A program made the position numbers and the translations under genes. DNA of 64,000 bases from Phoronis australis (taxonomy: Eukaryota; Animalia; Phoronida), in the NCBI GenBank assembly GCA_002633005.1, contig NMRA01000545.1, positions 217,690 through 281,689 on the forward strand, in the 5' to 3' direction. This document shows, piece after piece, positions 36,373 to 50,227 of this stretch (the first letter of the stretch is position 1; each line of letters opens with the position of its first letter). The notes beneath the pieces were generated by a model. The model searched no databases. It was given only the letters and a program-made list of their open reading frames with translations, and had not been told where the DNA came from.

Positions 36373-39300
36373 ATGGGATGTGATGGTGGTACAATTCCAA
36401 CAAGAGACGAACTTGTGAGGGTAAAGAAAAAGCCAGAACAGGTAAACTATTAAGAGATTGTAATTACAACGTTTTGTGAGTAGTCTACTACAGTCAAGTG
36501 ACCTAATTATCGGACGTTTTGGCACATTTTGCATTATATTTAATTGAAAATATTACGGATTGTTGTAAATTCTTTGCTGAAATAAAGATTCACTTTCACG
36601 GAATTGTTCTGTTACTATATCTTGTCACTGAAAGCCACATTTATGTTCCGACTGATCTTCAAAAAACACAACAACCAAACCTTCGGAGAACCTAAATATC
36701 GGACACCATGTTTCTCCATACTCCACACCGCGGAAAACTGACTAACCACGTAATGGCCGCGGGCACCTTGTCGCCAAATTTCTGCTCGAGTGTTTTGACA
36801 TATATGCTGCTAGAACCCAGGTCCATTCGCAACAAAATTATCTATGAAATGAAATCTGATGACGGCGCCAAGTCGTTTCGATTAATTTGTGCAGACGACT
36901 AAAGCACGCGCAAACTCACTGCAGTTTTTAGTATCACTTAGGCTTCTTGATATGACACCCGCACGTGCGCGGTCGGGGTTTGACTTGAGTTTAAAAACAA
37001 ATGAAAAAATGGAACAGTGACATATTGTCAGTTCAATGAGATGGTTTCATTGTGGAAAAAGATTTTATTTTCAACTTTTATAACCGATTTATGCGATCGT
37101 CCATTTTAGGCCGACTTGGGGGTCTAAATTGCACCCTCTCTCGGTGAAATCAAAACGAGGCAACGCTGTAAAAAAACGAGACGGTGCCGGACATTGAATG
37201 CATTACAACGGAACAAAAATTGGTGTCATTTAATTCTCAGATTATGCTTCAAGTAAGATTCTATGAAATGTCCGATATTTAGGTTCCGTCCGATGATTAG
37301 GTACACTATGTGTACTCTTTTGCCAATGACCATCGCCTCTGACACTCTGCTGGCCCGAACCAGAATCGATGCAGCTTCCATACGCCGGAAGCTATACGGC
37401 GAATTATGCCTCGCACCGACTAAAACATCAAAGCCACATTGGTATAAATACCTTTTGCGCATAGAGGAACACCTTAGGTGTTGTCGATGTGTTTAATTCC
37501 TTCCAACTCGAACAAATACTTCCGTTATCTGGTTATCAAACTTTTACTTCGAGCAGTCCCTATTTCACTTCCCAAAATCGTAAACTCAACATTTTCACTC
37601 GGCGCACGCCAAGAGATATGACCTTATGCTTTTAAACAGGCCGAAGGTCAGAAGTTGCGGTCCTACCGGCGAACTTTGAAAGTTGAAGTTCCCTCCCTTT
37701 GCGTACATGCTGCCAGGAACCAGCCGTGCACATGCCGTGTTGTCAAAGTCACATTGTTATGTCGTGGGGATACATCTAGCAGTCTAGGCAACACGTAGCC
37801 CCTCGGTTGGCCGGTTAAGGGCTACAGTCCTTCCCATCGCTTTCTGTGCGAATTTCGTCACAGCCTTCTACTGGTGTTTTTTGGTTTATTTTAGCTTATA
37901 TCACAACCATCAACTGGAGTTCTTGGTTTATTTCAACTTATATCACAGCCATCAACTGGTGTTCTTGTTTTATTTTTGCGTCAGTTTTTAAAGTTGTAGA
38001 GCAGCTAGTTCTCATAGCCAACAGAAATTTGGTTGAGTGATTCTTGGTTTAGTGACCACATTTTTTTTTCAGAATATTATCTGGCTAAGGGTGATTACAG
38101 TATGTCAACATATGTCATTGTGTAACAAGGAAGATCCATAAAAGCTAAGCCCATGGAACATGAACCTTCATTTTGGAAATATTATTTTTCATTTTGCGCG
38201 TTCGTCCTGGACATAGTTATTGAACATGACATTTTTGTAAAATGTTGACTTCTTATACATATCAATATTGGCTTGTTTTCAGAAAGACAAGGACTCTGTG
38301 AGGGCCACTAAGTGGCAGCACTGTGCAATCAGCCAAGAGAAGTTGAGAGAACCCATTGTAGCATGTGAGCTGGGAAAGTAAGTATTTGATGAATCAGGTT
38401 AGTTTTTGTTCTGGCTATGTCTGTGTGAAGGGCCTTCTTTCATGCAAGGGGAAAGTTGCCTGTGCCTTTTTAGAAGGAGACATTTCAGGGAGAAGGGAAA
38501 ATTCTACCTCCCAATCAATATCACCTCCATCCTGTTGCAAGCCCTCACAGCCTCTGCCTCAAGTAACCATTGTGCTCTTTCAAATTGTCACCTGTGTGAG
38601 TTACAAGTGTTTCAAACCTCGAGGGTAATTTTCAATCACTTGAGGGGACTTTTTTGACATCATGAGGGAAATTTTGCGTGATTTTTCAATATTTTTCAGA
38701 GGGAAATGGGTCCGATATTCGAGAGATTGAGGGCCATGGTGTGTGCATGTGCATGCGTGTGCATGAGCATATTTTGCTATCATCTGTTCTGCGTCCATCT
38801 GTCTTTAATCTGTCTGGCTTTTGCTGTGCAGGTGTAAGGTCTTTGTGAAATTTAAAAGATGCATTCCTATGTATGTGATGACACATGAGGAGGATGACTT
38901 TCTGACTAATTCAACTGATGCTGTGGCAATTTTAGTTGGCCTGTGAAAACGATCTGCACTATGTAATGATTTTTTCAATAAGAAGATTGCCCCTAATAGT
39001 TATTTCATGTCTGCCATTGCGCACCGTAGATACAATTTTAAGTTTTCTAAATGTTGCTCATTCTAGTTGAAATTTTAAAATATTGTCAAAACTTGAGCAC
39101 CATTTCAATGCTTTGGTGTATGTCAATGGTCTGCTCGCTGTTTTTCAGTTTAATATTTGAAATATTTTAGTGTCTGGATCATTTTGAAAATACCGTAATT
39201 TGAATCTTCTATGGAATATTTAAAGACCCACACAGGTCCAAGTAGGTCAAACTTGGTCAAACTATTATGAATCAGGTTAGCAGATATGAATCTTCACATT

Positions 39301-42300
39301 GGAGCCACGATTGCAATTCCATTCAGTCCCTGCTTATTAAATAAAACAAGGGTTCTGTCCCAAACATGAACAAAAAGAATGGTTTTCGAAGATGTTGCTG
39401 CATGGTGCATGGTGAAGACAGGTCCGAGGCTGTTAGAGATTGGGATCGTGATTTGGATGTAAACAGGTTCAGACAAAAGGAGTTTTCAGTTGTTAGTTAT
39501 TGAGATACCTGTATCCACAAAATATTCTTTCAGACTTGCTGGTGTACAGACTCTAATAAAGATTGTGCTGTGTTATGCAATAGCTCCATGGTGGACGAGT
39601 GAGTCACATACTTTATGATTTCAGGTTGTACAACAAGGAGTCTGTCTTGGAACTGTTATTGGATCGTAGTCAGTTTGAGCACTCACAGAACTTTAGACAC
39701 CTTAGAGGACTCAAGGTAAGCCTGGTGCATGTCAGTCAATTCCAAAGGGAAGGACAAGGATAGTGATATATTATTACTCAGTAGTTGATTCAGGGGCTCA
39801 GGTGGTTGGTTTCAATATTCTCAGTCAGTGTATATTTGTCCTCCAAGAAAGTAGAGGTAGTAATTCGGAAAGTTAGTACACATTTCAAAGAAGTCATTTT
39901 TCACCTCTAAATGCATTCAGCTCGACTTATCATCCTGGAATTGGAAATGGTTGTGAATTTTGTTACTTTTGTAATACTGATAAGAGCTTACTACATGCTG
40001 GACTTGAACAAGTCTTGGAAGGAACTTTCTTACAGTATTCAGATATACAAAACAAGTTTTAAAACTTCTTCAGTTACTAAGCCAATACTAATAGTGTCTT
40101 GAAAGTTGAAGGCATGATTTATTGAAGATGTTGTCGCCACTCAGCTCTATTTTGGCCTAAGCTTTTATCGCCACGACATGTTTTCTGGACATAGGTAACT
40201 GTATTATCAGAATTTTACTGGCTCCTTGGCTTCATCTTTTGTTTACTTATTGAAGTCATAATGAATATTTTATTTAATCTTATTTTAGCTACAAGCTTCA
40301 TTAAATATCCTTATAGTACAGGTGTATGCGCCTTTCATTAACAGGATGTCAAGGAGCTGAAACTGACAGACAACCCTGCGTATGAGGAGAGGGACAATGA
40401 TAAGGGTGATGGCTACACAGACAGACTGACCTCACCCTACATCTGTCCTGTGGTTGGCATTGAGATGAATGGCAAATACAGGTGTGATATTTAGAGATGA
40501 AGGAGCTGGATTGTTGTTTTAGTCCACTGCAGTATCATTGCAAAATTTTGATGCAGATAAGTTGGGATAATGTTTGCAGTTACTTAATTAACGATGAAAA
40601 ATAAATTGGATTCCATTTCTCGTCTGCGATTTCTCCATCCATCCTCACCTGGCCAACATTGCTGAAAGAATGAAAAATTCCTTAATAATTAATGACTCAT
40701 TGGCTCATGTAATAAAGATACAGAGAAAAGGAATTTCCTGTGTGGTCAAGTCCTCCCAGTGACGACTCACCAAGCAATGATTTTTGTCAAAATTTGAGAG
40801 TGTACCACTCACCTGCACTCATCTCTCACCTAGTGATGGCCAGACTGAAGCATGCAACATCCAACATAGAGGTTTCTGCAAATAGACCAAACAATGAATA
40901 ACATGATTCTAGAAGTTCATTGGTTAAAAGTTGTTTCCAGGAAGCCTTAAAATAGCTTAGGATATTCATAGTTAAGTGTTTTGAGATAGAATGTTTATAA
41001 CTATTTTGTTTCAGTGTATGTTACACGTAATAACTGAATTCTTGTGATGACATGCAACATTCTTACTTATCTAATGAATACAGTTTTATCTTTTATGACA
41101 CCCATATACGTGTACCTGTTATTATGCTCTGTGTTTTTCATTCTACTGTAGGTTTTGCTTCGTCTGGACGTGTGGCTGTGTGTTCAGTGAGCGGGCTTTG
41201 AAAGAGGTCAAGTCAGATATCTGCCACAAGGTACATACTTACATTTTGTTCTGTAATTTTGTTATCTGCCCACACATATGTATGTGTGTACATACTGCCA
41301 TCATCTCTTAGAACATCTAGCCTCTACCACTCTGTCTATGAAACTTTCTTTTAGAATGATAATGAAATTTGGTCAATGAGTTTGTTTCACAAATAGCTTG
41401 TATGGTGTCAATTTTGGGTCAAATCCAACTAATACTATGTCACCAAAGTTTCTTTTCTTGCGGGAATGTTTGGAATAGTAATTGTTCTTATTTTTAAATT
41501 GGTCATCTAGTTCTGTCATAAAAGTGGAATAGTAATTGTTCTTATTTTTAAATTGGTCATCTAGTTCTGTCATAAAAGTGGAATAGTAATTGTTCTTATT
41601 TTTAAATTGGTCATCTAGTTCTGTCATAAAAGTGAGCAGCTAAAAAAATACTGCACCACCGACTCGATTTTCCCAAAAAAATCAGACTAGGATCAACTAG
41701 GCTTTTTTGGTCAAATAAATGTGTTTGGCCTTGTGTGTACTCCCTAGGCTATACATAGAAATTTGTGCTGACTGAAATTTACAATGAGAATTTACTTATA
41801 ATAATAATAATAATAATAATAACTTTATTTATGGAGGATAAAAAACATGTTAAGTGTAAAACTTATCTACCACATGGTCCTCAAAAGAAACTAATTTTCT
41901 CCCAGAGCCAACAAAATCTTTTGATCTTATAAATTCATCAACTGTCATCATTTTTACTTGTTTTCTCTCACAGTGTGGTAAAGCATATCAAAAGTCGGAT
42001 GTTGTAATTCTAAATGGAACTGAGGAAGATGAGTCTGAAATGGAGGCTAAGATGGAGGCACGTCGTCTGCTCGCCAGACAACAGAAAAAGGCCAAGAAAC
42101 ATAAAGTGGAGACAGGTTAGTGGATTTAATGATAACCAGGAAGTGGTTCTGCAAAAGATTCTTGATTTTTGTCTCCATACCATGACAAAATCATCAGTAT
42201 CTTCGAACAGAATTCTTAGACTTTGTAATCTTTGGTGTTTTTCAAAAGATATTTCCTTTCTACCTGTAGCCTGTTTTACAGTACATTACTGCCTTAAAGT

Positions 42301-43361
42301 TTATGTGTATCAGCTTGCCGATCTATTTCCATACTTATGGTTTAGTCACTTAACGACCATATAGGCTGTTGCCTTTAATAAAAATCCAGACGTTATTTCG
42401 ATATAGAAATTCCCTGATTATGACATATCTGTCATACCTATTCTCTTTTTACAGTGAGTTGGATAAAATCTTTAATTTGTACTTTCTACTGTTGCCGTGC
42501 TTCACTCATTATGAAACTCAATCCTAGAATAAGTAAAAATGCATATCGGGAATAAATATCACCACGTATGAGTTGACCATATTTTCAGAGTGAAAAATAG
42601 ACCCAATACTAACATAAGGACATGTATGATGTACTTCAAAATGAGGTTGTATTGTAAGCAGGGTTGAACAGTCGCAATGCAGTATAACTATCCTCATCAA
42701 AATACACGACAATGGCATCCTAAAATATCAGGTTTCAAATGGTTCAACGTTAATATTGAAAGACTTGCCATTTGCTGTTCAGGATTTTCAAATAAACAGA
42801 TTGGCCATGCATAACTGCACAAGGGCGTTTGAAGGTAGAGTATTTACAGCATGGAGATGGGTATTGAGCTGAATGTGAGCCTTCAGCGCTATTCATGGAT
42901 TTAGCTGTTGTATAATGATATACTAATATGTTGTGTTTAGTGACTGTATAACTATTTACTTGATGTAAATGAAGTAAACACTCCTGATGTTTTTTGTGTG
43001 ATGCAACACAAGAGGATGAGTACCTGAATTCCTTTGTTCTGAATTTGTTCGTTTGTTTTCACCAGCCACTGAGTCGTCAACTTCTCCCGGAATACCTACA
43101 GAAGCGACATCTAGCAAGATGCCCAAACTACAACCACCAACTGCAAAAGGAAAATCCTTGACAAACGGGGTAGTAAATGGAGCCTCAGACAATAAGTCAA
43201 AGCTATCTAATGGCAAAGTGAATGGTGCAGTGTCAAAATGTAAAAGTATCCAAGAGGATCCAAGTGCCAGTAAAGTGTTTAAATCACTCTTTACTACCAG
43301 TGACAAGGCGAAAAACCAGCCGCAGGGAAATTGGGTCACTTTTAATCCACAGTATTTCTGA
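36373..43361 (+). CDS. RTF2: Replication termination factor 2 (RTF2/RTFDC1), 7 exons, 302 aa
   Basis: Exons 36373-36441, 38283-38377, 39625-39715, 40345-40481, 41152-41230, 41974-42115, 43066-43361 (909 nt, phases consistent, all GT-AG). Motifs MGCDGGTIPTRDELV, WQHCAISQEKLREPIVACELGKLYNKE, YICPVVGIEMNGKYRF...CGCVFSERALKEV, and C-terminal VFKSLFTT...WVTFNPQYF. Confidence 0.96.
37322..37745 (+). mobile_element. Truncated, diverged left half of the Academ-like element (RTF2 intron 1)
   Basis: Colinear with 22634-23022 (caatgaccatcgcctctg ... ggccgaaggtcagaagttgcgg ... ggaaccagccgtgca). Confidence 0.85.
41470..41634. repeat. 54-bp tandem repeat x3
   Basis: GGAATAGTAATTGTTCTTATTTTTAAATTGGTCATCTAGTTCTGTCATAAAAGT repeated three times. 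Confidence 0.95.
41800..41885 (-). mobile_element. 3' end of an L2-clade-like LINE/SINE with (ATT)n tail
   Basis: Minus strand GAGGACCATGTGGTAGATAAG...TATCCTCCATAAATAAAG(TTA)n; a related end lies at 62437-62550. Confidence 0.55.
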
Positions 43362-43880
43362 GCTGTAGCTATGGACTGCATGACAAAGTTTGGGTGTACA
43401 TTCTATTTCTGACATGAACTCATGTGGATTACGAGTCAAGTTGTAAGCTTAGGGGCCTCTGTAATGTATTTCAACAAGATTTCAACTCATTGAGACTTCC
43501 CTGGTCGCATAATGGTAATTTTGTCCATGAAACGTTCAAATTTACAAGATTAGCGGAAGTTGCTCCACAAAATGAGAGGCAGTTAAACACATCAATCAGA
43601 GCCATGACTTTTACTAGCTAACCCTGTCAAAAAAAATTTTGTTTGAAGTTGGAGAACCTAGCTCATGTGTGGAAAGACATGGTAAGAAAAAAACAGGTGA
43701 ATTTGGTTTGAGTCCAAGGGTTGTTTGGGAATTGGAGTGCCGTCAGGGGTGACCTCTATCTGCCTGGTTAGAAAGCTTGTTTATTACTGGAGATTTATGT
43801 ACTATACAAATCACTGGTATGGTTGAATAAGTTATTACTCAAATGTTGTGTGAAGTCATTTGCTTCTTGTAAATAGTTAA

Positions 43881-44147
43881 GGCCAAAAATAGCATATTAT
43901 AGTTCTTGTCTGTGCCCAGCTCATTTTAAAACCTGTACTTTCCTGTTTAGGGGTAAAATATGTCAGTTTACATCACTTAGCAAAGTTCTTTTTTCAAAAG
44001 CTACACAAACTGTAGGTAGTTTTTTATCAAAGTACCAACAATCGCCTCTTTTGTGACTTTAGTTAAGAACAAGTTTCCAAAGGCAAGTGGTGCAGTTTTC
44101 ATTATCGCTCTCAAAAAACAGACCAGATCCAATTATGCCTTTTGGCC
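43881..44147. mobile_element. Small MITE (Harbinger-like)
   Basis: GGCCAAAA...TTTTGGCC termini with TAA on both sides. Confidence 0.55.
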
Positions 44148-44399
44148 TAATGCGACTTAACATTAATTTTTTTAGTGAATATGTTTGTATTGAGAGAGTA
44201 AAAGATTTCTGATTCATCTCAGTCTTGTTTCATCTCTGAAATATCAAGTACAAGTAATTGTCTCTGTGTCATATCAACATCAAGGTTTACATTTTATGAC
44301 TGTCACTGTTTACACCATTCAACTACTATTATTACCAGGTCTCTGCCTCTTGAGCCTACATGTAACTGTCTCAATATTTCTGCCACAACTGATCACGGC

Positions 44400-45560
44400 T
44401 GACACTGATTTTCGGACATGTTCGACTACTGTGGCGACTCCTAGTGGCATTTTTTGCGTCTACCGCTATATTTCCTTAACTCTAAGGATGATTTTGAAAA
44501 TTGGTGTTTATGTTTCTACTGTGAAGAGGATGGGTGATGATGATTTTCGGACTACTGTAGCTCCTCCTAGTGGCAGTTATTTTACGTCTGGCTGTATCAG
44601 GCAAACGCTCTGCAGGATACATGTAAATTTGGCAAGTGTATTAACATGAAGTTTATTAATATGAAGTTGACATTGGCAACATTTGGACGGATCCGACTAC
44701 TGCTGTGCCCCCTAGTGGCAATTTTAGTTTTTTCGTCTAGGGCTGTATGGTCTTTACCCTTTGCAAGATCTTTGTGAAATTTAGCAGATGTGTTCCTATG
44801 GAGATGGCAGTAGATGACCTGAGTTTCAGACCGATACAACTACAGCAGGGCTCCCTAGTGGCAATTTTATTTTTTTACGTTTGCTTGTGTAACTTCAGAG
44901 TTCCTTTATGGTTTTTCATGAAACTTGTTTCTAGTAGAGGACAGCACCTTCCTTTATGTGTTGGAATCTACGTATTCTGCACCAACTTGTAGCCATTTTC
45001 ATTATTTTTAGTTTTTTTTTTTGTCGTCTGCTTCTGTATCTGCCAAACTGCGCACAGGAACATTATGAAAATTGGCAAATGTGATTCTACTGCTAAGAGT
45101 ATGACTGACGTTGATTTTCAAAGGGGTTCAACTACTGTTCCCAGTGGGAGCTTTTTACGTTTGCCCTTTTTGGAGTTTTGACGGATTTTCATGAACTTTG
45201 GCAAATGTTTTGGAGAGGCGACACCTTCTCATTTTGGATGGGTTCAATATATTTCGTGCCATCTAATGGCCAGTTTTATGATACAAATAAACACCCCTAG
45301 AACATGCGCGCACCCAACCCAAAATATAGAGGGGCTCGAATTTTTCGGTATGCGGAATTTTTACTGACAAAAATCAACGAGGACTAAAAAAAGCGGGCCG
45401 TTATGTTCAGGCCTACGAATTGTGCAACCTCGCAGAATTCTTGTTTCGCTGAGGCGGACCTTTTTGCCCCCTCCCCTACCCCCCGGGTGCGCCCATGTAG
45501 AAGGAACACCATTTGCGGTACGGTCGTGGGCACGTTTCAATGCTCCGCGTTGCTTTTATT
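44400..45560 (+). mobile_element. DINE-1/HINE-like Helentron copy C (opposite orientation to A and B; the palindrome end is not seen)
   Basis: Monomers with CCTAGTGGCA at ~44440, 44566, 44711 and 44854; end GTGGGCACGTTTCAATGCTCCGCGTTGCTTTTATTT is the reverse complement of the terminus of A and B. Confidence 0.75.
45303..45497. mobile_element. Small MITE nested in Helentron copy C
   Basis: TIR CATGCGCGCACCC / GGGTGCGCCCATG with TAGAA duplicated on both sides; interrupts the family sequence CCCCTAGAAGGA. Confidence 0.7.
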
Positions 45561-47267
45561 TAGAAAATATATGGTGACACTTTACTTCTCTGTAACAAAA
45601 TTGTAGATATTGACCTGTATACAATTCAAACAAATTAAACCCGTGTTCCTTTTTGATTTAGACCACTTTCCCCTCCAAAATGTTGTCGTTGTTCCTAACT
45701 CCGCTTGTTTCTAGATTCCGAAAAACTGAGAGTTACTGCTCGAGGCCATGCTCGGTGTCTAAAATAAAATCGCCGTGAACATTTGCGTATGTTTCTTCAA
45801 TAGCCTATGCTAACACAATAATCATTGTACCTTTGATTGTTGGTTTGTATCAAAAGGTTCGTTCAGCGGTTGTGCGAAATAGAAGCCAAATGCTTATAAA
45901 GCACATGTTGCTAGTTGTGTTAAAAATTAAAAGCATGGCCATCTCTTCGCGGTACTGTTTCGCGCAGATTTTATGTCACACAAAGTCTTTGTGTAAATTT
46001 GCGTCGGTGCCCACGGCAGTGTTTCCACTACATTTTTCAGTTCCATAATTTCAAACGACACATTTAGTTCGTTTTATTGTGCTTTTCTTGAGATAGTGCC
46101 TGGCTAACATGGCTTGAAAGGTCTGAAATAATGCAATTAACTTTTTAAGAGAACACAGCATCTCGGACTGCAGCGCGTGATGCCCATTATGACGTAAACA
46201 CACTCTGAAGTTACACAAGCAAAGGTAAAAAAAAAAAATTGCCACTAGGGAGCATAATGATCAATCAAAAATCGTGATTTCCGTGAAGTCAGTTGACATT
46301 TGTGTAAAACGACGCATATCAGTCTTACAGAGGACCGACTATTTGGTCACCATCCCAGGATAAAGCGTCGCGGTCACGCACTTTTGAAATGCCATTGTCT
46401 AAAGTTTGGATGATATTTAAGAGAAATCGTTCATGCCATTTCGGTGCAACCTTTTTCTTGATAAAGGTGGTAGTCGGGCGCTTAACTTTTACTGGCACAC
46501 GTAAAAACGGGTGTGCGTGACTGCTATTTCAAGTGCTTTTCGGTGTCTCATTTTTAACGATCATTTTTAACACAATGTTCGGTGTGATGATGAAAAAGGT
46601 CAGTTACTCCTGTGAATGAGTTTCCCTGCAACTTGCCTGTCTGAGACGGCTTTGCAATGAATGTACCTGATGGAATATTGTTCAGCTCGCGGACATTTGC
46701 TCTTTTACCGATTATTTCTCACCGGGTTGTGAGCGTTCTTGCTCAGCTTTTGAGGGAGCAATAACCACATAGCTGATTGTGTAGCTAAATGTCTAGACTG
46801 TTGTGAAATCTGATGCCGCTTCTTCCACTAAGTTATCATTAAAGGACTTAACACGAGTCGTGCTGCTTATCTGGTGGAGAGCGAAGGACATCAGCAACCC
46901 GGGATATCACGAGTGTGGGGACAAGTTGATATAGTACGCTTGTCGAGTTTTTCGTGGAAACCAGACGTAGAGAGCCTAAATACTTGACGGCAGTGTGCGT
47001 TGAAACTGTTTTGTTGGTCGGAGGAACCAGTGAATCAATTAAAGCAAATACCATGTACGTGCTTTCCAACACTACACGGGCCTGCGTGTAAGTGTTTGTG
47101 TTTCCGTCAGTCGATGACTTAGCAGAGAAAACAATAAATTCATTTTTAAGCTCAACGACGATTGGATACAAGACCTTATGTTTTAAAAGACGGTACGGCG
47201 GAGAAATCTATGAGTCAAGAGGAGAACCCAAGTTGTCTTTTGGACGAGTTGAATTTTGTAAAATACG

Positions 47268-47567
47268 ATGCCTCCTGGAAGTATTTACACGACAAGAAAC
47301 CTTCTGATAAACGAGACTGGGGTTGTTCAAAACGCTACTCATAACATCAGTGGATTAGTCGTCGCGACCACTGCGAAACCTGCGGACCACACCATAATGG
47401 CATTTGATCACATCTATTTTATGGTGGTGTTCATTGCATTTTACACGTGTATAATATTTTCGTGTATGGTCGGGATCAGGAAGCGAAACAGAGAGGAAAT
47501 GTCGCAAAGGAACTGGTTCAAAGATTTTTTCTTTAAAGATTCAAGACCATACTATGAAGAGGAATAG
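47268..47567 (+). CDS. Small single-pass membrane protein, KCNE-like (99 aa)
   Basis: ATG with A at -3; three N-glycosylation sequons (N15, N22, N26), no signal peptide, hydrophobic helix at aa 49-70 followed by basic RKRNR (N-out topology); resembles the KCNE TM region by eye. Confidence 0.6.
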   Translation: MPPGSIYTTRNLLINETGVVQNATHNISGLVVATTAKPADHTIMAFDHIYFMVVFIAFYTCIIFSCMVGIRKRNREEMSQRNWFKDFFFKDSRPYYEEE

Positions 47568-49984
47568 ACATCAGAACTGAATTGAGAAAATATTTGTCGA
47601 ATTCGTTTTTTACGTTGGTTGGTATGCCGGTAGTTTCCGAGCACAGGTTACGACAGCTGATATGAAATCCTGTTGTCTGCTCAACATTGCCCACTAGGCA
47701 GACTAATCATCATTCCAAAGTTGGTTTTCACCTCGTAATGCTTGATCACTGGGATTTTTCTTTCCGAAGAGATTTCTTTTTCTTTAATTGTTTTTTAACT
47801 GAGATGCCCTTGAAATATTATATTTTTATCCATTGTTTGCATTCTGTCTTAAATGAAAAAAAATTACGAAAAGAAAATATTTGCCACATGAATGGTTTAA
47901 TATTTTTACTATAACTTGCTTTTGGACTTTTCCTTTTAGGACTCACGAGTTGCATTGATAAGTAAGTTGCCATTGTATGTGTTATAAGTCATAATGGACT
48001 TCTTTTTTCGTTTCGTCATGTAATGTAATAATCATATTTTGAATGCATGTTATGATTCTGAAATGGCACTTGCTCGGAACGCAGCTCAGCTAGCGCCTGC
48101 AAAAGCACAGAACATGGATCGGTTCTGTAAGTGAAGTTTACTAGGCGCATGTGCAAGAGCAATTTTTTGAAAAAAGTTGTTTTGGGAAGTGGCAGGTGGG
48201 TCTAAATACGTCTACACGCAACATAAAAGAGAAATGCTGCAATAGCCGTATCACATTGCAAATTACGTCAACTGTCGGCAGTAAGCTAAATATAAATACT
48301 AAAACCATAAGTGCTAGACAGATTGATAAGTCATAATCCTATTTCGATGGATTAGGTGACTTTTAAGTTAACGAATTTTGTACACACAGGTTGGAAGTGA
48401 CTCGTTTGATATGCATGCTGACGCGGGTAAAATTCAAGCGCATTAAAAATAATTTCAAAACTTCTATTTAGTCCTTTTTCTAGACGATACCGATTTTCAG
48501 ATGACTTTTGTTACTGAATCGCCTGGCATAGTCATTTGCTCGAAGTCACTACCCAAGTGCCAATTTTCTACTACGCTTAATGAACTGATTAATGTAAACA
48601 CACGACACAAAACTATTGACAACAAATAAAAACTCATCGCTGCGTTTTGGTCAATTTTATTGTATTTCTTCCGCGAAAGAAGGATTCCAGTACGTTATCT
48701 TTTCACGAGGAATTCCAATTTCAGAAACCAAATATTTTAAAAATTGCCATTTTGTGTTCTTGACATTTCAGTTAATTTAGGCAGTATTTTTATTGCTGTA
48801 AAGACGTCGCTAATGCGATAATTGACCTGTACAACACATTAGGAGCTTAGATCACTGAACTTTCGTGATGTCAAAGACCGACGGCGACACCGATTTTCCG
48901 GTTGATGTAGAGAAAGATCGTCCTGCAACTACACGATAACATGATGGCCAGGTTTCCTAATGTCTGTCGTCAAAAGATTCGCTCCAAAATCCACACCGTT
49001 TAACAGCGCCGAAATGTTCGGCAACCGCCACTATTTATTCGGACGAATACTGAAAACAGTGCCAATTAAGTCGGTATATACCAGTGCGCCGGTTTTGGGG
49101 GCCGGGATAATACAACTATAGCACTTAGGTGAATTAAGAGGGAAGGGGGGGGGGNGGGGGGGTCCAGTAGGCGCGGACATGACCACAAAATGCAGTCGCC
49201 TTGAGATGTGGCTGTTCTTTTTTGCTGGATATCAGACTCAAGTTGGCTTCTCATGGCGTCAATGTTTGGTTAAGCAATTTACCACGAACTGTCAGTTAAG
49301 TGAAGCCAGCAGAGACCATTCAGAACACGTTGAGATCAGTTCTATAGCGGCAAATGTTCTGAATCAAACGTTACAGAATGCAATGGACAGCTTTATAGCC
49401 GTTTTCATTAGATCACTTTGCCATTTTGTTACTGCTCTACTGGAGGCAAAAGTTTATTCCTCAAATAAAGAGTTGTGACACCTTTGCAAAATCGTATCAT
49501 TTCATCCCCAAATGCAGACTGAAGGTTGTCCCTTCTCCATGACTTGGACTGCGCAAGTCTCTAAAGAAAGACGGCAAACGCGGTTTGTTCTATAGTGGAA
49601 TGGGCGCGTGACCACAGCGTAATAACGAGCTGGAGGTATTCACGAATTAGATAACTTATAGCCTGAAACGGAATGTTTAGCCTACTGCCAGCTAATATTT
49701 TTCAATTCTTTCTAATTTCACATATGAGGCAATAGGGGTGGAAGGCATTAAAACACTTAATGGTATTTTGCTCAACCCTGAACCGAGTTTGGGACTGGGA
49801 CTTACACCTGGTTGTGGCTTTGCGGGAGGTTCGAGTTAACCAAAACTATTGCCGTTCGCAAGATCTTTTTTAGTCACACCGCTTACTTCTAAGGCATCCA
49901 TGCCTAAATGTAAAACGCCTCGATTTTATATAGTCGTGATGGCTGCGAGTGAATGTTTTGAAATCAATTTCCGATTAAATGCAA

Positions 49985-50227
49985 TTCAGGTGACGAGGAG
50001 CAGGGGCGCGGGGGCACAGGAATAAACAGAATTTCAGCAGATGCGCGGACCTTCTGACTAAAAAAAAGTTAACAGGGTTTGTTATTCACCCCCATCCCCC
50101 GAGCCCTCCCTGGTTGAGCCAATGTGCTAGTCAACGATTCGCACCCGAACTGCCAAATGGTATCGGGTAGAATTTTGAATGTTAGGGGGTCCATGGCCCT
50201 CTTGGCCCTCCCTAAAATCCGTCACTG
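49985..50227 (+). mobile_element. Second copy of the element at 648-863, with 3' terminus AATCCGTCACTG
   Basis: Shared internal blocks with 690-863. Confidence 0.7.
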
